Shown in pieces: positions 63,788 to 64,000 of a DNA stretch of 64,000 nt. Position 1 is the first letter of the stretch. Every line of letters starts with the position of its first letter. The stretch spans positions 217,974,005 through 218,038,004 of the forward strand of contig NC_092370.1 in NCBI RefSeq assembly GCF_030028105.1. The letters are read 5' to 3'. The notes under the pieces were generated by a model that saw only the letters and a list, made by a program, of their open reading frames with translations, did not search any database and was not told where the DNA came from. The stretch is from Mobula birostris (lineage: Eukaryota). Both the position numbers and the translations under genes were made by a program.

Positions 63788-64000
63788 ATCTAGGTTACCA
63801 TATACAGTAGTTTGTATGGTGCTTGCTTATTGTTCTCTAGTGTGGGAAAGATCATTCCAGCAATTACATTAACTCCTCTTCAATTGTTTTGTTATTGATT
63901 GACAGAAATATTTTAGAGGGTCTGGAAGTAACTGTACCTGTCTCCACCTTCATTTTCCCTTCCCCAAGCTGCTCCCATCCATTTTTTCCTTTGTCTGCCT

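Overview
Repeat-rich vertebrate genomic DNA. The HE1/V-SINE-like, CR1 and Penelope repeat families suggest a cartilaginous fish, probably a ray (inference). The only host protein-coding sequence I can support is the 3' half of HIF1A on the + strand: eight exons equivalent to human exons 8-15 (1774-18782). They have GT-AG boundaries and consistent reading phase, and retain both LxxLAP prolyl-hydroxylation motifs, the bipartite NLS and the CEVNAP FIH site, followed by a ~1.25 kb 3'UTR. Almost every other ORF in the track is transposon debris (CR1, Rex/Babar-like, L1, RTE, Penelope, Tc1 Passport-like, hAT-Charlie, MITEs). Most interesting observations: (1) two CpG-enriched promoter-like islands downstream of HIF1A, one with a dense HRE cluster (~46-47 kb) and one with four phased CCAAT boxes (~52.3 kb), plus candidate minus-strand non-coding exons, which could be a hypoxia-driven antisense lncRNA feedback system; (2) two insertions of one CR1 subfamily whose 5' junctions carry inverted copies of nearby DNA; (3) a ~920 bp G/C-skewed minisatellite fused to a Penelope tail inside a 12-bp target-site duplication; (4) Penelope-borne minimal hammerhead ribozyme motifs; (5) splice features that would yield C-TAD-less HIF-1alpha isoforms.
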